A DNA stretch of 55,452 nucleotides from assembly GCA_040400605.1 (NCBI GenBank), contig JBBAPZ010000001.1, forward strand, positions 1-55,452, read 5' to 3'. Within the stretch, counting starts at the first letter, position 1. Each line of letters starts with the position of its first letter. Positions 10,184-21,333 of the stretch are shown here, in pieces. Source of the stretch: Candidatus Sericytochromatia bacterium (lineage in GTDB: Bacteria > Cyanobacteriota > Sericytochromatia > S15B-MN24 > JAQBPE01). Below the pieces are notes generated by a model that did no database searches, was not told where the DNA came from, and saw only the letters and a program-made list of their open reading frames with translations. Position numbers and translations under genes: made by a program.

Positions 10184-10257
10184 TGGGCATAACTGGACTC
10201 GAACCAGTGACCTCCACGATGTCAACGTGGCGCTCTAACCAACTGAGCTATACGCCC
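10184..10257 (-). tRNA. tRNA-Val(GAC)
   Basis: Minus strand GGGCGTATAGCTCAGTTGGTTAGAGCGCCACGTT-GAC-ATCGTGGAGGTCACTGGTTCGAGTCCAGTTATGCCCA folds as a cloverleaf. CCA is not encoded. Confidence 0.97.
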
Positions 10258-10268
10258 GAACATTGACT

Positions 10269-10297
10269 AGTTTATCAGCCTCCTACGGATGCCACAA
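10269..10297 (-). promoter_or_regulatory. Sigma70-type promoter of tRNA-Val
   Basis: Minus strand TTGTGG-17 nt-TAAACT with extended TG, 11 nt upstream of the tRNA. Confidence 0.6.
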
Positions 10298-10396
10298 GAT
10301 CAAGCTGGGCTATTTTAAAACAAAATCTGCAAGAATTTAATCATTCCTTATCATTGACACGTCATTGACGGCATCTTTTTTGCGATAAGTGACGGT

Positions 10397-10786
10397 ATGG
10401 TGAGTAGTTTTAGTCGTTTGAAGGGCCAGCGCCTCAAGGGGTTATTGTTGTTATCCGTTGCGGTGTGGGCGTGTGGCCGTGAACCGCTGGCGGTGTGGCA
10501 GCCTGCTGTGGTTACGCCGGTGATAGCGCAGAGTACGTTGGATGGCATTGTCAGTCAGTGTGTGCGGGTGGCGCAGCAGGCTTCTGGTGCGCGGGAGGCG
10601 GAGCGGTTGGCGCGTGTGCGCTTTGAGGCGATCGCACCCCCAGGCGATCGCCAGTTGCAGATTCAAGTCTGGGACTTCCCGGATGGCAAGCGCTTCATTC
10701 AGGTGCAGCTCCAGATCGCCGGCGCCAACGGGCTGCACCAAGCGCAGAAACAACTGCTTGTAGCACCTACACTATCACCAGGCTAG
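10397..10786 (+). CDS. Hypothetical exported protein (possible lipoprotein)
   Basis: 129-aa ORF with basic N-region, hydrophobic LLLLSVAVWAC and host-like composition. Confidence 0.55.
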   Translation: MVSSFSRLKGQRLKGLLLLSVAVWACGREPLAVWQPAVVTPVIAQSTLDGIVSQCVRVAQQASGAREAERLARVRFEAIAPPGDRQLQIQVWDFPDGKRFIQVQLQIAGANGLHQAQKQLLVAPTLSPG

Positions 10787-10966
10787 GCTGCCCTGTACGT
10801 GATGACGGTTGCTCTGATTTTTACCCCGCTGCTCTCATCCTTTGACGCTTCTTACAGTTAAGGATAATCTCTCTTCTTGGTTTTCATTTTAAGTTGAGTT
10901 TGCATCGTCAACACGTGATTGGCTGTTCCAAATCGTTGTTCGATAAGGGATGTTGCGGGAAAAATC

Positions 10967-11125
10967 ATGCCCAAGAAAAGACACCAGCGTGAAGCAAAGC
11001 TGAATACCGGCGACGGTTCTGAGGGGCTGCGCCGTCCACGCAAGCGTGATTTCGCAGCCGCTGCGATCGCATTGCTGATCGTATTCACGATCCTGTTCGG
11101 TGCCATCGCACCCTTTTTGTACTGA
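10967..11125 (+). CDS. Small (52 aa) basic, C-terminally anchored membrane protein
   Basis: MPKKRHQREAKLNTG...RKRDFAAAAIALLIVFTILFGAIAPFLY: basic N-terminus plus one TM helix. GCGGGA lies upstream of the ATG. Confidence 0.6.
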   Translation: MPKKRHQREAKLNTGDGSEGLRRPRKRDFAAAAIALLIVFTILFGAIAPFLY

Positions 11126-11420
11126 TCAACGACACCACACCACGTGACTGCTTTTCGCACCAAACAGTTCACGGAAACCTAATCGCACACCAACAAGCCA
11201 CTCGCAACCGACGCCAACGCGAAACCGTCGGGATTTGACGCAGAACATTGGTTTTGCCCCGCGTATTGTGCTGAATGCGCCATTCGTGCGCAAAAATGAG
11301 AACGAATGGAACCAGGCGACATACACCGTGTTTAAACGGCAAACAGCACAGACTTGAGGTGGCATATTGGGTGTTTTGACACGCACGGTGCGCTCGCTGC
11401 GCCACGCTAACGCGAAAATC

Positions 11421-11470
11421 TTAGCCGAAATCCTGACAATTTTTAACCCCCTGTTAATCAGGGGTTGGTC
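11421..11470 (+). promoter_or_regulatory. Phased TTAA-N7-TTAA repeats (putative OmpR-family regulator site)
   Basis: TTAACC at 11443 and TTAATC at 11454, with in-phase TTAGCC (11421) and TTGGTC (11465). Confidence 0.45.
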
Positions 11471-11559
11471 AGATTCCGGGCATTGATGGCGATAAATTTG
11501 GCAGGTTCCCCCAGATTCGTTGGCAAGGGTCTGTTTGGTGGTGCCCTCTAGGAGGCAAG

Positions 11560-12159
11560 TTGATGAAGATTCGCAAGTGGGCTTTGCTGTCTATCGGTAG
11601 CCTGGCTGTTGTTGGGATTTTATGCAGTTGTGGCAATCGGCAACCGGCCAGTGCACTGGCGGAAACGCCGGCGCCGGCGCCTTCGGAAACACCCGCGCCT
11701 ATTGTGACGCCGGCACCGGTTGCCACGCCGACTTTTGTGCCAGGTAATTCCGGTTATAGCCAACCGTTGACGGGTTCTTTGGTGATCAGCAGTGTTGAGA
11801 AGGTCAAACAGGGTATGTTTTTCAAAAAGCTCGAAGTGAAGGGCACGGTCTTGAATACGAGCACGGTGCCCTTGTCGGGAACTTTAAAAGTTGAATTCAA
11901 GGATCGCAAGGGGATGATCAACAAGTCCTTGGTAGTTGTGGAAACCAAGACGGTGTCCGTGGTGCAGTTGCAACCAAGTCAGACCTTGCCCTTCACGATC
12001 CTGTCGGACAAGACGGGCCTGGATGACGCAACGGTAACGGTAGAAACCACCCAACCCGTGACGGGCGCTCTGATGCCTGGCATGCTGACCAGTGGCGGGG
12101 CATTCGGTGCGCCTGTCAGCATGGGCACTTATGGGATGCCGGTAGCACCGGCGCGCTGA
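11560..12159 (+). CDS. Lipoprotein with Pro-rich linker and FxLYD/Ig-like beta domain
   Basis: AGGAGG SD, lipobox ILCSCG, PAPAPSETPAP linker, and beta-sandwich-like VKGTVLNTSTVPLSGTLKVEFKD...LQPSQTLPFTI. Confidence 0.75.
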   Translation: MMKIRKWALLSIGSLAVVGILCSCGNRQPASALAETPAPAPSETPAPIVTPAPVATPTFVPGNSGYSQPLTGSLVISSVEKVKQGMFFKKLEVKGTVLNTSTVPLSGTLKVEFKDRKGMINKSLVVVETKTVSVVQLQPSQTLPFTILSDKTGLDDATVTVETTQPVTGALMPGMLTSGGAFGAPVSMGTYGMPVAPAR

Positions 12160-12294
12160 ATCCTGTCACAACGCCAACACAGTCGCAGAATGTGTCGATT
12201 GCGCCAGACTGCAATAATTGTTCAACCTCAGCAGTTGTGGACGCAAACCAGGTCACTTCAACGATGCGGCAAAGCGTTGACTGGTGTTCGAAAT

Positions 12295-12324
12295 TTTGAG
12301 TGTTGGTGCGTAACAACACTCAAA
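12295..12324. repeat. Perfect 11-bp inverted repeat (hairpin or operator)
   Basis: TTTGAGTGTTG-8 nt-CAACACTCAAA, intergenic. Confidence 0.6.
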
Positions 12325-12449
12325 TGCCGGATATTTTGCGTTTGCTGCACAAGTTTGGAACCGAACCGATGCGTCACGGTATTAAAGAACGACACAGCGC
12401 AGAGACGAAGTATTTGCCGGTCTCAAGCCACCTGCTTTTCGCAGGTGAT

Positions 12450-12496
12450 TTATCAATAACTTAATTTTTTGGCGAGTTTTTTAACAGATACTTAAG
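12450..12496 (+). promoter_or_regulatory. Phased TTAA-N7-TTAA repeats upstream of the LssY-like gene
   Basis: TTATC (12450) with TTAAT (12461), and TTAAC (12481) with TTAAG (12492). Each pair is 11 bp apart. Confidence 0.45.
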
Positions 12497-12585
12497 TTAT
12501 GTCAATCCCTCTGGCGGTATGGTCTTACTAATGAATGGTTAATCCCTGAACAATGGTAGAGGGTTTGTGCGTGGGTTTTCGTGGT

Positions 12586-13320
12586 ATGAGACGGCTTCTG
12601 GTCCCGTTGTTGATTGCTTCAGCATTGTTTGGGTGCGGTCGCCAGGAATGGGGGGGCACGCAGGCGCCCGTTGTGCCGGGTAAGCTCGCTACGCGTGAGG
12701 CAGCACAGATACCCGGTATGGTGCCAACTTTCCAGGCTGTGCAGTGGCCGACGCACAGCCAGACGCCGCAGGGTCGTTCGGCCGATCCCATCAACATCGT
12801 CGTGGTGGGTTCAGAACGCCACATGCGTCACGTGTTTGCGATCACTGGGTGGGTCACGGCTGATCCGATCACCCCCATCACCTCAGCACGCATGGTCAAA
12901 GCCGCTTTGACCGGTGGCCAGTACCCCACGTCCCCAATCAGTCCCCTCATGCTGTATGGCAAACAACAATCGCTTGGCTACCAGAAAAACGCCATTGGGG
13001 TGAAAGCCCGTGACCATCTCCGCGTATGGCGTACCCCACTCGCTGATGCCATCGGACGCCCCGTCTGGGCTATCGGCGCCACCAAGGATGTTGCCATCAA
13101 ATGGGGCCCTTCTGACAGACTGCCCACTCATCAGGTTGCACCAGACATCGATTCGGAACGTGAACTGGTGGTGAACGATTTTCTTCGCAGTGGGCATATT
13201 GCCCTGCGCTACCAGATTCAGTCGCTCACATCACCCTTCCATGGGGTGAATGGGACAGATGATCAATACTTCACAGACGGCAAGGTGGAAGTGCTTGAGT
13301 TAAGCCGGGTCAACGACTGA
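12586..13320 (+). CDS. LssY C-terminal domain-containing lipoprotein
   Basis: Lipobox LFGCG. Motifs DPINIVVVG, GW..ADP, YPTSPISPL.LYGKQQ, RDHLRVW, WAIGATKD, THQVAPDIDSERE. Confidence 0.85.
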   Translation: MRRLLVPLLIASALFGCGRQEWGGTQAPVVPGKLATREAAQIPGMVPTFQAVQWPTHSQTPQGRSADPINIVVVGSERHMRHVFAITGWVTADPITPITSARMVKAALTGGQYPTSPISPLMLYGKQQSLGYQKNAIGVKARDHLRVWRTPLADAIGRPVWAIGATKDVAIKWGPSDRLPTHQVAPDIDSERELVVNDFLRSGHIALRYQIQSLTSPFHGVNGTDDQYFTDGKVEVLELSRVND

Positions 13321-13364
13321 CAGTGGTTCACTGGCCCGCCACGCGTCGGGACCCTTTGTCGCAG

Positions 13365-13808
13365 TCACCGCCTGATAGTACCAACCAGCCAGCGCAGAAA
13401 CAGCACGACAAAGATGACAAGGAGCAGCGTCGGTACCACTCCCACCATAAAGATGGTAAACAGCCACGTTCTGACATAGTCCAGCGCGGGCAATTGCGGC
13501 CACAAAACCGGCATCAACTCGTTCCAGAGCCAAACCAAACAAAACGTGACGGGGAGGAGCGCCAACGACAGGGTGCTCAAACAACCTAATCCGGCCCGTA
13601 ATGTGCTGAATGACCAACTGGGGAGCACGGGGGCGGACGGTTTGGACTGTTGCGAATCCGATGTCGTTGCACCCACGCGGCCAAAACGCTGCTTGAGCAT
13701 CGCCATTTCGAGCCCTGCGGCTCGTGGGCTGATTTCTTGACGCACAACCTTGTCAAGGATGCGCAATCGTTCTTCTTCGTATGATGGTTCGGCACTCACA
13801 CCCATCAT
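13365..13808 (-). CDS. Hypothetical membrane protein (SHOCT-like N-terminus, 2 TM helices)
   Basis: EERLRILDKVVRQEISPRAA N-terminal motif plus hydrophobic helices. The true start may be GTG at 13799. Confidence 0.7.
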   Translation of the reverse strand: MMGVSAEPSYEEERLRILDKVVRQEISPRAAGLEMAMLKQRFGRVGATTSDSQQSKPSAPVLPSWSFSTLRAGLGCLSTLSLALLPVTFCLVWLWNELMPVLWPQLPALDYVRTWLFTIFMVGVVPTLLLVIFVVLFLRWLVGTIRR

Positions 13809-14190
13809 TATAGCGGGACTGAGTCAGTTCAGCCGTGAGATCGTTCAGGATTGCAAAAAGGGGGTGCGAGCGTGAAATGGTGTCGCGTCGACGATTCTTC
13901 CCCGTTCGTTGTTCACGCGTTGTTGGTGATACAGGGTGGTCTGGCTGCCGAAGTGGCACAGTGACCCCCAGAAAACGGCATATGCGACAAACTGACAGTC
14001 TGTGGTTGTTCGCTCACGCCGTGTGTGACTGTTCCTCGATCGTCGACATCCGCAAATCCGCCGGGGTTTGACGCAGCAGGTCTGTCCGCTGCGTCGTGCC
14101 CGTATGGGGCTTGTTGTGTCACGTTCTGTATTAATGATGTTTCCTTAAATTGGCCATCTACGTTTGGGATGAGCCGAACTGAGTGTTTTC

Positions 14191-15325
<1,135 letters not shown>

Positions 15326-15400
15326 GCACACGCTTTTGGGGGCGCGTCTGGCTGAAACCAAGTCGGCACGGCGCGCCCACACTTTGGGAATTGGGGGGAG

Positions 15401-16609
15401 ATGATGGCGATCGCAAGCAAGAAAAAAAGCATTCACGACCTGACCGAGGCGATGATTGGCGGCAAACGGGTATTGGTCCGCGAGGATTTCAACGTTCCGC
15501 TTGAGGGTGGTCGCATCACGGATGACACACGCATTCGCGCCGCACTACCAACCTTGCAGAATCTGATGGGCAAGGGCGCCAAGGTGATTGTTGTCTCCCA
15601 TCTGGGTCGCCCAAAGGGCGTGACGCCTGAGTTGCGCCTGGAGGCCGTGGCGGCCCGCCTGTCCGAATTGTTGGACGTGGCTGTCATCAAGGCGGATGAC
15701 GTCATCGGGCAGGATGCGCAAGCCAAAGTGGCGGCTTTGCAGGCTGGACAGGTGCTCTTGCTCGAAAACGTCCGCTTCCATCCGGAAGAAGAACGCAATG
15801 ACCCTGAGTTTGCCCGGTCGTTGTCGCAACTGGCCGATTGGTATGTCAATGATGCGTTTGGCACGGCGCACCGCGCGCATGCCAGCACGGCGGGCGTGGC
15901 GGCTTATATTCCTGCCGTTGCCGGGTTGTTGCTTGAAAAGGAAATCCGGGTGATGGGAGAGGCGTTGGCGGCACCTGAACGGCCTTTGGTTGCCATCATC
16001 GGAGGCTCCAAGGTGAGTACCAAAATCGGGGTTATCGAGAATCTGTTGGACCGTGTCGATGCCTTGATTGTGGGTGGTGCCATGGCCTTTACTTTCTTGA
16101 AGGCGCAGGGACTTGAAACCGGCAAGAGTCTGGTTGAAGTGGATCAGCTCGACGTCGCGCGCGTGGTGATGAAGCGGGCCGCCGAGAAGGGTGTGCAATT
16201 GGTATTGCCGACGGATGTCGCCCTTGCTCGCACGATGCAAGACACGTCAGTGGCACAAATTGTTGATGCGAAAGCCCTGCCAGCGGACATGCTGGGGCTG
16301 GATGTGGGACCCGAGACGCTGAAAATCGTGCAGGGTGTTTTGGCGAAGGCACGTACCATCATCTGGAACGGGCCTTTGGGAATGTTTGAAAACCCCGCTT
16401 TCGCTGTGGGTACGCAAGCGGTTGCGCACTGGGTGGCTGAGGCGACCCAGGCTGGGGCGGTGACAATTGTGGGTGGTGGGGATTCGGTGGCAGCCGTTGA
16501 ACAGTTGGGTTTGGCTGAGCAGATGAGCCATGTGTCAACCGGCGGTGGCGCAAGCCTCGAATTCCTGGAAGGCAAGGTTTTACCGGGCGTTGCGGCCTTG
16601 GGTGAGTGA
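15401..16609 (+). CDS. pgk: Phosphoglycerate kinase
   Basis: [54 protein letters not shown]. Confidence 0.98.
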   Translation: MMAIASKKKSIHDLTEAMIGGKRVLVREDFNVPLEGGRITDDTRIRAALPTLQNLMGKGAKVIVVSHLGRPKGVTPELRLEAVAARLSELLDVAVIKADDVIGQDAQAKVAALQAGQVLLLENVRFHPEEERNDPEFARSLSQLADWYVNDAFGTAHRAHASTAGVAAYIPAVAGLLLEKEIRVMGEALAAPERPLVAIIGGSKVSTKIGVIENLLDRVDALIVGGAMAFTFLKAQGLETGKSLVEVDQLDVARVVMKRAAEKGVQLVLPTDVALARTMQDTSVAQIVDAKALPADMLGLDVGPETLKIVQGVLAKARTIIWNGPLGMFENPAFAVGTQAVAHWVAEATQAGAVTIVGGGDSVAAVEQLGLAEQMSHVSTGGGASLEFLEGKVLPGVAALGE

Positions 16610-16621
16610 AAGGGAAAGCGA

Positions 16622-17395
16622 ATGCGCACGCCGATCATTGCAGGCAACTGGAAGATGCACAAGACAGGCCGTGAGGCACTGGCGCTCATCGCGGCGTTAA
16701 ACGCCACATTCGCATCGCGCAAGCCCCAAGCGGAAGTGGTGGTTTGTCCGCCTTTCACCGCACTGGGAGCGGTGTGTGGTGCGTTGGATGGGGGCGTGAT
16801 GCGCCTGGGGGCGCAGAATATGGATTGGCATGTGCAAGGAGCGTTCACGGGCGAGGTGTCGGCTGTGATGCTTCAGGAGTTTGGGGTTAGCTACGTGATT
16901 GTGGGCCATTCTGAGCGGCGCCAGTTGTTCAAGGAGTCTGATGAAGCGGTCAATCAGAAAGTGAAGGCGGCCTTGGCTGCTAAGCTTGTCCCGATTGTGT
17001 GCGTTGGTGAGACTTTGGATGAACGGGAGGCGGGCACGACGGATGGGGTTGTGGCTGCGCAATTGCGAGCGGGGTTGGATGGGGTGGCGGCGGAGGCGAT
17101 CGCGCGGATTGTGATCGCTTACGAGCCTGTGTGGGCGATTGGCACCGGGCGCACGTGCGATGCGGCGGAAGCCAATCGCGTCTGTGGCTGGCTGCGGCAG
17201 GTTGTTAATGAACTCGCGGGGCCGGAAGCCGCGCAGGCGGTGAGGGTGCTCTATGGTGGCAGCGTGAAGCCTGAGACCATTGCATCCCAAATGGCACAGT
17301 CCGACATTGATGGGGCTTTAGTGGGTGGTGCGAGTCTGGAAGCCGAGGCGTTTGCCGCCATTGCCTGTTTTCGTGACCACACGGTCATGCATTGA
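16622..17395 (+). CDS. tpiA: Triosephosphate isomerase
   Basis: IAGNWKM, GHSERR, AYEPVWAIGTG, LYGGSVK, DGALVGGASL. Confidence 0.98.
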   Translation: MRTPIIAGNWKMHKTGREALALIAALNATFASRKPQAEVVVCPPFTALGAVCGALDGGVMRLGAQNMDWHVQGAFTGEVSAVMLQEFGVSYVIVGHSERRQLFKESDEAVNQKVKAALAAKLVPIVCVGETLDEREAGTTDGVVAAQLRAGLDGVAAEAIARIVIAYEPVWAIGTGRTCDAAEANRVCGWLRQVVNELAGPEAAQAVRVLYGGSVKPETIASQMAQSDIDGALVGGASLEAEAFAAIACFRDHTVMH

Positions 17396-17638
17396 CGGTT
17401 GATCGGGCTTTGACGGTCGTTTAACAACAGCGTGTCATTGCCTGATTTGTGGGATTCGCGACGAATGGTTGGTTCAAAGCTCAAGCGCCGCTGTATCGGC
17501 GAATCGCGACATTGTTTGGCCTGGCCGGGAGAATGAGGCTGTGAACAGCCTCTCCACTCAATTTAGCCTTATCCGTCGCTGACAACGTGGTCTTGCTATT
17601 GGTCTGAATCTGGCACCATGCCACTGGGGAGGTTAGTT

Positions 17639-19165
17639 ATGACAACGCTCAAACGGCATCCGATCGCCTTGATTGTGTGTGATGGCTGGGGGGTTAACCC
17701 TCGGCGTGAGCACAATGCGATCGCCATGGCGCGCACCCCTTGTTTTGATGAAATGCTGGCTCGTTTTCCGCACACAACTTTGGCGACCTCGGGTTTGGCG
17801 GTTGGTTTGCCCGATGGACAAATGGGCAACTCCGAAGTGGGGCATATGAACATGGGTGCCGGGCGTATCGTGTATCAGGAGTTGACCCGCATTGATAAGG
17901 AGATCCGCGAGGGTGCGTTTTTTAAACGGCCTGAACTGCTCGCGGCGATGGCGCACGCGGCGCAGAACGGACGTTCCCTGCATTTGATGGGACTGTTGTC
18001 GGATGGTGGTGTGCACAGCATGATCGATCACCTCGAAGCACTCCTTGATTTGGCGCGCCGCCAAGGGGTCACCCGGGTTTGGGTTCATGCCTTCCTGGAT
18101 GGGCGTGATACCCCACCCCGCAGTGCCAAAGGCTTTCTTGCGCGGACTGAACAATGTTTTCAGCGTGTGGGGGTGGGGGCGTTTGCTACCTTGTCCGGGC
18201 GGTTTTATGCGATGGATCGTGACAACAACTGGGATCGCATTCAACCTGCTTACGATGCCATGGTTTGCGGTGTCGGTGACCATGCCGAGGGTGCACTTGC
18301 CGCCATCGAAGCGGCCTATGAAGCCGGTGAGACAGATGAGTTTGTCAAGCCGGTCGTGTTGAATGCCGCAGGCCGAATCCAAACCGGTGATGCGGTTGTG
18401 TTTTTTAACTTTCGACCGGATCGTGCCCGACAAATTACCCGTGCGTTGACCGACCCCCATCTCGATACGTTAACGCGTGACACCCTGCCGCAGGTGCATT
18501 TTACCTGCTTGACCCAATACGATGCGGCGCGGCCATTGCCGGTGGTTTACCGACCCGAGGCACTGGTGGACAATTTGGCCCAGGTGCTGGCGGATCGCCG
18601 CGTCAGGCAGTTTCATACCGCCGAAACCGAAAAGTACGCGCACGTGACATTCTTCTTCAATTGCGGCCGCGAAGCACCCTACCCGCTGGAAGACCGTGTT
18701 TTGATTCCTTCTCCGAAAGTCAAAACCTATGATCTTCAACCGGAAATGTCCGCGCCTGCAGTCGCGCAGGCAGCCGTTGCCGCAATCGAAGCCAATCAGG
18801 TAGACATCTTGATTATGAACTTTGCCAACGCAGACATGGTGGGTCACACTGGCAACCTTGACGCCACGGTCAAGGCGGTTGAAGCGGTCGATCAGGCCGT
18901 CGGAAGGGTCGTGGCAGCCATACAAAAAGCGGGTGGCATCGCGCTCATCACAGCGGATCATGGCAACGCCGAACAGATGATAGATTATGCCACAGGCGAA
19001 TCGCATACGGCACATACCACCAATCCCGTGCCACTCATCCTCGCAGGCGCACAGATCCCGCTGCGTGAAGGTGGCATTCTGGCAGACATCGCGCCCACCA
19101 TCCTGGACCTTGCCGGTCTCGAACAACCCGGCGCGATGACCGCCCATTCCTTGCTTCGCAAGTGA
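17639..19165 (+). CDS. gpmI: 2,3-bisphosphoglycerate-independent phosphoglycerate mutase
   Basis: DGWG, GQMGNSEVGH, GRFYAMDRD, ETEKYAHVTFF, DMVGHTG, TADHGNAE. GGAGG SD before ATG 17639. Confidence 0.98.
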   Translation: MTTLKRHPIALIVCDGWGVNPRREHNAIAMARTPCFDEMLARFPHTTLATSGLAVGLPDGQMGNSEVGHMNMGAGRIVYQELTRIDKEIREGAFFKRPELLAAMAHAAQNGRSLHLMGLLSDGGVHSMIDHLEALLDLARRQGVTRVWVHAFLDGRDTPPRSAKGFLARTEQCFQRVGVGAFATLSGRFYAMDRDNNWDRIQPAYDAMVCGVGDHAEGALAAIEAAYEAGETDEFVKPVVLNAAGRIQTGDAVVFFNFRPDRARQITRALTDPHLDTLTRDTLPQVHFTCLTQYDAARPLPVVYRPEALVDNLAQVLADRRVRQFHTAETEKYAHVTFFFNCGREAPYPLEDRVLIPSPKVKTYDLQPEMSAPAVAQAAVAAIEANQVDILIMNFANADMVGHTGNLDATVKAVEAVDQAVGRVVAAIQKAGGIALITADHGNAEQMIDYATGESHTAHTTNPVPLILAGAQIPLREGGILADIAPTILDLAGLEQPGAMTAHSLLRK

Positions 19166-19313
19166 ATCAAGGCAAGCGTGTTCCACAAACACAACCCGCG
19201 GTTCAAAATTCTATGCTCCGCGCCAAATCCGTTCTGGTTGCCCTTGCAATATGGTGTGTGGCGCTTGGTGCTCATCGCGTACTGAGCGCCGTTCTCGCGT
19301 CAAACAACGAATT

Positions 19314-19329
19314 TTAACCCATAATTAAT
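19314..19329 (+). promoter_or_regulatory. TTAA-N7-TTAA box upstream of the degenerate GGDEF-holB-ricT genes
   Basis: TTAACCCATAATTAAT, with TTAA at 19314 and 19325. Confidence 0.45.
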
Positions 19330-19433
19330 CATTGTCTTGGCAAATTTTTGCACAATTTGGGTTCAATAGCATGGAGGCCGACACATCGCGCACAGCAAGT
19401 CGTGTATTGGCCGCTTTTGGATGGGAGGAACGC

Positions 19434-20387
19434 ATGGAGACGATGACCGCCTTGTCGCCGGCCGAGATGCAAGCTTTGCTTCTGGCCGGGACTTCGCTGA
19501 ACTTTACGGTTTCTTGGGATTACAATCATCAGAACTTGCGGCAGATGCTGTCGAAGTACGCGCCCGGGGTGGAGATGGGCATCTGGTGGACGCAAGGCGA
19601 CGGGTTCGTGTCTTTAAGTGAGCATGCCGAGGCGTTGTTTGGCGAGATTGTTGAAGAATTGCGTGGCGAATCTTTGCAGCTCGATACGAGTCTGAGGGCA
19701 TTGCCACGTATTGAACGCGGTTGGGTGCAAGGGATCGTGGCCAATCGTCAGACGTTTGGCTTGTTGTTTTGTACTGCTTCGACCGACGAGCTCGCACAGG
19801 CCTTGATGCAGACCGTCTTGCCGCAACTCGGCCTTGCGCGTTTGTCGTGGGCGTTGAGTGAAGAGGTTCTTCGGAGAACCAGTACGGATAAAGCGACGGG
19901 ATTGTGGAATCGTCAGTATTTTAATGAACGTTTTCGTGAGGAATGCGAACGGGTGGTGCGTTCCAAAGAAACAGGAACGGTTGCCATTGTGGGATTGGAC
20001 AATTTTGTCGCGTTGGCGAAGACGATGCCAGCGGATGAGATCAGTGCGATGCATGCGGCGATTGGTCAAGCGGTGCGACAGGTCGTTCGTCAAACGGACT
20101 GGGCGGTGCGTTGGGATGGCGAGGAAGTGTTGTTCTATTTCCCATCGACAACGGCCGAATCGGTGTTGGAGGTCCTCAAGCGTTTCGCGAAGCGTCTGAC
20201 CAGTCAACACGCCATTTTGGAACCGTTAGTCGGTTTATCGTCGACGCTTGAAACGACTTCGCCGCGAGCTCTGATTCAGTTGGCGACACGCCGGCTGGAG
20301 TTGGCGCGTAAAGATGGGGGAAGACGGGTAATCTGTTATGCGACACCGGCGCGGGGCTTGCAGTTCTTGCGCGGAGATGGGAACTAA
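19434..20387 (+). CDS. GAF-like plus degenerate GGDEF domain protein
   Basis: TDKATGLWNRQYF, IVGLDNF, RQTD-WAVRW-DGEEV (I-site kept, A-site DGEEV) and ARKDGGRR. GGAGG SD before ATG 19434. Confidence 0.85.
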   Translation: METMTALSPAEMQALLLAGTSLNFTVSWDYNHQNLRQMLSKYAPGVEMGIWWTQGDGFVSLSEHAEALFGEIVEELRGESLQLDTSLRALPRIERGWVQGIVANRQTFGLLFCTASTDELAQALMQTVLPQLGLARLSWALSEEVLRRTSTDKATGLWNRQYFNERFREECERVVRSKETGTVAIVGLDNFVALAKTMPADEISAMHAAIGQAVRQVVRQTDWAVRWDGEEVLFYFPSTTAESVLEVLKRFAKRLTSQHAILEPLVGLSSTLETTSPRALIQLATRRLELARKDGGRRVICYATPARGLQFLRGDGN

Positions 20388-20390
20388 GCC

Positions 20391-21332
20391 CTGCCACGTA
20401 TCAATGTTTATGGACAGGCGCGCGCAATGGCAACGTTATGCGGCGCCTTGTCGCGACCGCATCACGCGTATCTGTTCTGCGGTCCTGGGCACGTGGGGAA
20501 GCAAACGGCTGCTTTGTGGTTCGCCCAGGGCCTCAATTGCGTTCAGCGTGACACAGGGGGTGGTTGTGGGGTTTGTTCCGACTGTGAGGCGATCGCCCGG
20601 GGGCAGCACCCGGATGTGCGGATATTAGGGTCTGCATCGGATGAGCAACGCATCAAGGTGGAGCAGGTCCGTGAGCTGAACCAGGCAGTGCAGGCCAAGC
20701 CTTTCTCCGGTGCGTATCAGGTCTTTGTCTTGACGGATGTGGACGCCATGTCGGTTGGCGCTTGCAATGCACTGCTGAAAACGCTGGAAGAGCCGCCCGG
20801 TGAGACCGTCCTTGTGTTGATTGCACATGACCCGGAAGCCGTATTGCCAACGCTGGTATCGCGGTGTGTTTTGGTTCATTTCAGTTTGGTGGATGCAGCC
20901 GGTGTCGCTGAGGCCTTGCGAGTAAGGCACCCGGATTTGAACGCTGATACGCGGCAAGCGGTTGTCCTCAGGGCGCAGGGGCGTTTGGGCGAGGCGTTTC
21001 GCCTGGCTTCGGAGGGCGTCGAAGAACGCCTGGCCCTGGCGTGGCCAACGGTTGAGGATTGCTGGGTTTGGGCGGAACACCTCGCTCAGATGCCGACAGC
21101 GAAACAGGAACAGGCCTTGGATGAATGGTTGTCAGGGCTGCACCAACAGGTGCGAACACTGGCCCCAACCCAAGGTTCGCAGGCCGCCATCAAAGCGGCG
21201 CTTATGCTGGCGGAGGGCATCGAATCGGCACGGAGGGGATTGTTACAGCACGGTTCGGCCAAATTGGTTTTTGATCAGTTGGCCAGACGTTTTTTGCAGG
21301 TTCAAGGACTTGTAACCGAAGGGGGTGACTGA
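20391..21332 (+). CDS. holB: DNA polymerase III subunit delta' (start uncertain; first ATG at 20427)
   Basis: HAYLFCGPGHVGK, zinc-binding C...CGVCSDC, HPD, IKVEQVREL, NALLKTLEEPP, LPTLVSRC. In-frame VYGQ lies upstream of the first ATG. Confidence 0.9.
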   Translation: MPRINVYGQARAMATLCGALSRPHHAYLFCGPGHVGKQTAALWFAQGLNCVQRDTGGGCGVCSDCEAIARGQHPDVRILGSASDEQRIKVEQVRELNQAVQAKPFSGAYQVFVLTDVDAMSVGACNALLKTLEEPPGETVLVLIAHDPEAVLPTLVSRCVLVHFSLVDAAGVAEALRVRHPDLNADTRQAVVLRAQGRLGEAFRLASEGVEERLALAWPTVEDCWVWAEHLAQMPTAKQEQALDEWLSGLHQQVRTLAPTQGSQAAIKAALMLAEGIESARRGLLQHGSAKLVFDQLARRFLQVQGLVTEGGD

Positions 21333-21333
21333 T

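Noticed and set aside
11338..11365. GGCAAAC start reminiscent of a c-di-GMP-I riboswitch
   Set aside because: Lacks the GNRA-capped P2 stem and the downstream GACGCAAAG consensus.
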